Shown one piece after another: positions 38,619 to 38,848 of a stretch of DNA of 38,848 nt. This DNA comes from Reclinomonas americana ATCC 50394. Taxonomy: Eukaryota. The notes beneath the pieces were generated by a model, which did not search any database, was not told the DNA's origin, and worked only from the letters and a program-made list of their open reading frames with translations. The translations under genes were made by a program, and so were the position numbers. The stretch is from assembly GCA_048213135.1 (NCBI GenBank), contig PS015291.1, positions 46,161 to 85,008 of the forward strand, read 5' to 3'. The first letter of the stretch is position 1. Each line of letters starts with the position of its first letter.

Positions 38619-38848
38619 ATCACCACAGTGTCGTTTACCACCCGAATTTGTGCAGTGCCAGCGGGAGTAGGGGGAAAAGGCACGTTAAATACAGACGCAC
38701 ACACACTGACAAGGAGGCGACGACGATGCACGCAGAGACTGCAACAGTGGCAGTGGATGCTTCTGCACGCATCGACATGTAACACACACGCGAGAAGAAA
38801 CTGGCGGTGAGAGGAAAGAGAGAGAGAGAGTGGGGAGACGGGGCAGGG

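Overview
This is a draft eukaryotic (probably protist) scaffold with many N gaps, short spliceosomal introns (mostly ~60-95 nt, CTGAC/CTCAC branch-like motifs, mostly YAG acceptors) and (GA)n/(CA)n microsatellites. Five intron-rich genes can be reconstructed by hand. (1) A giant minus-strand secreted or surface adhesin-like gene (17118 to beyond base 1) has about 36-38 visible bacterial-type cadherin-like repeats, one per exon, plus two PA14 domains. (2) A TOM1/GPR137-like multipass membrane protein. (3) A ~14 kb gene encodes a type II membrane protein with a very long Gly/Ser/Thr-rich, virus-fibre-like ectodomain. (4) An EF-hand protein. (5) A plus-strand cyclin-fold protein. The most striking observation is in splicing: about 25 introns, spread over all five genes (roughly a quarter of those I could place), use a donor (A/T)|GTTRCG, which is the normal G|GTRCGT consensus displaced by one nucleotide. 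Reading frame and protein motifs fix several of these junctions. All gene models are manual and lack transcript support.
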